From Gammaproteobacteria bacterium (GTDB lineage Bacteria; Pseudomonadota; Gammaproteobacteria; UBA4575): a stretch of DNA of 10,144 nucleotides. The stretch spans positions 1 to 10,144 of the forward strand of contig CBDCTA010000016.1 of assembly GCA_965221955.1 (NCBI GenBank), given 5' to 3'. Shown here in pieces: positions 6,989 to 10,144 of the stretch; position 1 is the first letter of the stretch, and the number at the start of each line of letters is the position of its first letter. A program made the translations under genes and the position numbers. The notes under the pieces are model-generated. The model was given only the letters and a program-made list of their open reading frames with translations, did not search any database and had not been told where the DNA came from.

Positions 6989-7583
6989 ATGTCGATAAAC
7001 AGAGTTGAATCAGAATTCATTGCGGGAATTGATGAGGCCGGGCGTGGCCCACTTGCGGGTCCGGTGGTTGCAGCGAGTGTGATTTTAAATTCTAGCAACC
7101 CTGTCGATGGCTTAGCTGATTCAAAAAAGCTCAGCGCAAATAAGCGTGATCATTTATATGATGAAATTAAGTTAAAAGCTCACGCATGGGGCTTGGGCTA
7201 TGCTACGGCAGATGAAATTGATGAGATTAATATTCACCAAGCAACTTTACTGGCGATGCAACGTGCTTATGTAGCCATGCAAGTGGATGCAGAATATGTC
7301 TATATAGATGGTCTACATTGCCCAGTTATAACTGCACCATGCACAGCAATCATAAAAGGTGACCAATTAGTTGCTGAAATAAGTGCTGCTTCTATTCTGG
7401 CTAAGGGTTACAAGAGATAGGGAAATGGAAGACCATCATAAAAACTTGCCGCAATACGGCTTTAATCAACATAAGGGTTATCCAACAGCTAAGCATATTG
7501 CTGCACTAAAGGAACACGGTCCATGTGAATTGCATCGTAAAAGCTACAAGCCTGTGAAAGACGCTCTGGCTATAATGGGTTAA
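6989..7583 (+). CDS. rnhB: Ribonuclease HII, interrupted by a one-base insertion at 7405-7407 (probable sequencing error; otherwise a pseudogene)
   Basis: Motifs [32 protein letters not shown] and ISAASILAK. Removing one G from AAGGGTT restores AKVTRDREM...[14 protein letters not shown]...HRKSYKPV and gives 197 aa. This joins track ORFs 6989-7420 and 7383-7583. Confidence 0.95.
7571..7576 (+). promoter_or_regulatory. Possible -10 element for dnaE inside the rnhB 3' end
   Basis: Exact TATAAT 31 nt upstream of the dnaE ATG. No recognisable -35 or TGn extension. Confidence 0.3.
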
Positions 7584-7607
7584 CCGATCCTGAAATTATT
7601 TTTAACT

Positions 7608-10144
7608 ATGACGCAATTTGTACATTTACATCTACACACTGAGTATTCGCTGGTAGATAGTATCGTACGCGTGCCACGCTTAATGGCGCAATTAAGTGAC
7701 TTAGGAATGTCATCCGTCGCATTAACGGATTTTAATAACTTATTTGCTCTAGTTAAGTTTTATCAAGCAGCACTTAAAAACGGCATCAAACCCATTATTG
7801 GTGTTGAAGCACAAATTGCCGGCATGTCTGCAAAAGAACCGAATTCACGTGTCGTTTTTTTATGTAAAAACAATCAAGGTTACCAAACGCTCACCAAGCT
7901 ACTTACTAAAAGTTATATAGAAGGTCAACGTGGTAGTGGACCAACTTTAGAGCGTGATTGGTTGCTAGGCGCTGGAGAAGATTTGATCGTTCTTTCAGGT
8001 GCGCGTGATGGTGATGTTGGACGCGCAATGATAGCGGGTAATAAAAAATTAGCAGAAGAATATTTAGCTTTTTGGCAAACGCATTTTAAAGATAATTATT
8101 ATATTGAATTGCAACGAACGGGTAGAGTCGAAGAGGAACTTTATAACCAGCAAGCGCTACGACTGGCAACAAAACATTCCCTCCCAGTAGTAGCCAGTAA
8201 TGACGTGCGTTTTATAGAGCAAAGCGAGTTTGATGCGCATGAAGTCCGAGTATGTATCCACACGAGTCGAATACTAAATGACCCAAAACGTCCACAACTC
8301 TATTCGCCACAACAATATTTACGTAGCAACGAGGAAATGCAACAGCTTTTTGAAGACATACCTGAAGCAATTACCAATAGCCTCGAAATTGCAAAACGTT
8401 GTAATGTCACACTTACTTTTGGTGATAATGTATTGCCAGAGTTTCCCATCCCAGACTCACATACTCCACCCGAGTTTATGCGTGAGCAAGCAGAAAAAGG
8501 CTTACAACAACGTATAGATAAGCTCCAAATTGATGATCAAACCACGATCCAAACCTATAAAGAGCGTTTAGATGTCGAATTAGATGTTATTAACTCTATG
8601 GAATATGCAGGTTATTTTCTTATCGTTGCAGACTTCACGCGTTGGGCAAAACAAAACGCCGTGCCAGTTGGGCCAGGGCGGGGTTCTGGTGCAGGTTCAT
8701 TAGTAGCGTATGCTTTGGGGATCACCGATGTGGATCCATTAAAATACGATTTGCTATTTGAGCGTTTTCTTAATCCTGAGCGTGTTTCCATGCCGGACTT
8801 TGATATCGACTTCTGTATGGATAATCGTGATCGTGTTATCGAGTACGTTGCAGAACGATATGGGCGTACACGTGTGAGTCAAATTATTACTTATGGAAGT
8901 ATGGCGGCACGAGCAGTGGTGCGTGATGTGGGGCGTGTGTTGGGCCACCCTTATGGATTTGTTGATCGAATTGCGAAACTGATTCCTTTTGAGGTAGGTA
9001 TGACGCTTGAGAAAGCGTTAGAGCGAGAGCCCGCACTTCAAGAACAATATAAGAATGAAGAAGATGTAAAAAGTGTCATCGATATGGCCTGTACGCTAGA
9101 AGGTTTGGCGCGTAATGCAGGAAAACATGCAGGTGGTGTAGTGATTGCACCGACCGAGCTCACCGCATTCACACCACTTTATTGTGAAGCGGGTGGCACT
9201 AATGTGGTCACACAATTAGATAAAGATGATGTAGAGGCGATTGGTCTTGTTAAGTTCGATTTCTTGGGTCTGCGCACACTGACCATCATTGATAATACCG
9301 TACGCTTAGTAAATGAAAAGCTAAAACAACAAAATCAAACCACAATCGATATTGATGATGTACCTCTCGATGATCCTGCTACCTATGAAACATTAAAACA
9401 ACAAAAAACTACAGCAGTGTTTCAGCTAGAGTCTAATGGTATTAAAGATATCATTAAACGCCTGCAGCCGGATAAATTTGATGACATTGTTGCATTAGTC
9501 GCGCTTTATCGTCCGGGACCATTGCAGTCTGGCATGGTAGATGACTTTATATTGCGTAAGCACGGTGCACGTGTAGATTATTTCCATCCTGATATTGAGC
9601 ATATTTTAAAACAGACTTATGGGGTGATTTTATATCAAGAGCAAGTGATGCAAATTGCTCAGGTGTTAGCAGGTTACACATTGGGTGGTGCGGATTTGCT
9701 GCGTCGTGCGATGGGTAAAAAGAAACCTGAAGAAATGGCAAAACAGCGTGAAATTTTTGTAAGTGGCGCGGTTGAAAGGGGGGTTGCAGAAAAGCTTGCT
9801 AGCCATATTTTGATTTGATGGAAAAGTTTGCGGGTTATGGTTTTAATAAATCGCACTCTGTTGCTTATGCTTTATTGGCTTACCAAACCGCATGGTTGAA
9901 AACACATTATCCAGCCGAGTTTATGTCATCGGTGATGTCGTCGGATTTGGATAACACAGATAAAGTAGTAAACCTCATTGATGAATGTCGTGGTATGAGC
10001 ATTGAAGTGCAGTCACCGAATATCAATCGTTCTAATTACAACTTTACTGTGCCGGCAGAAAATATTGTTTTATATGGTTTGGGTGCATTAAAAGGTGTAG
10101 GGCAAGCCGCAGTTGAAGAAATGGTAAATGAGCGTATCAAGAAT
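7608..10144 (+). CDS. dnaE: DNA polymerase III alpha subunit, one-base deletion at 9808-9811 (probable sequencing error), runs off the window end
   Basis: PHP start FVHLHLHTEYSLVDS, GPGRGSGAGS, catalytic PDFDIDF and KFDFLGLRTLT, and ALYRPGPL. Adding one T to the T4 run restores [40 protein letters not shown]...YGLGALKGVG, open to base 10144. Confidence 0.97.

Noticed and set aside
7383-7583. 66-aa ORF as a separate gene
   Set aside because: It is the frameshifted C-terminus of RNase HII (VTRDREM...HKGYPT).
8278-9856. ORFs 8278-8517 (+), 8754-8948, 9547-9741 and 9674-9856 (-)
   Set aside because: Alternative-frame or antisense ORFs inside dnaE with no independent support.
9812-9860. Split intein in dnaE
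   Set aside because: There is no intein sequence on either side of the break, and the motif reads GYGFNKSH with no Cys nucleophile at the known insertion site.
1-10144. Mobile element, CRISPR array, tRNA/rRNA, defence system or recombinase
   Set aside because: The window is almost entirely covered by recognisable housekeeping CDSs and the largest spacer is 119 bp; no such signatures were seen.

Overview
AT-rich proteobacterial (most likely gammaproteobacterial) chromosomal window carrying a rearranged version of the conserved envelope/replication cluster. The order is bamA (5'-truncated by the window), skp, fabZ, lpxA on +; lpxB, gnnB, gnnA on -; then rnhB and dnaE (3'-truncated) on +. It departs from the textbook cluster in four ways. 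(1) A gnnA-gnnB-lpxB block, implying 2,3-diamino-2,3-dideoxyglucose (GlcN3N) lipid A, lies in place but inverted; it has a candidate promoter of its own and a degenerate inverted repeat at both junctions. (2) lpxD is absent between skp and fabZ. (3) LpxA has Met at the hydrocarbon-ruler position, predicting short acyl chains. (4) rnhB and dnaE each carry a single-base homopolymer frameshift, most likely sequencing or assembly errors. I saw no RNA genes, IS elements, CRISPR arrays or recombinases. All proteins belong to known families, so any novelty lies in the architecture and the predicted lipid A chemistry.
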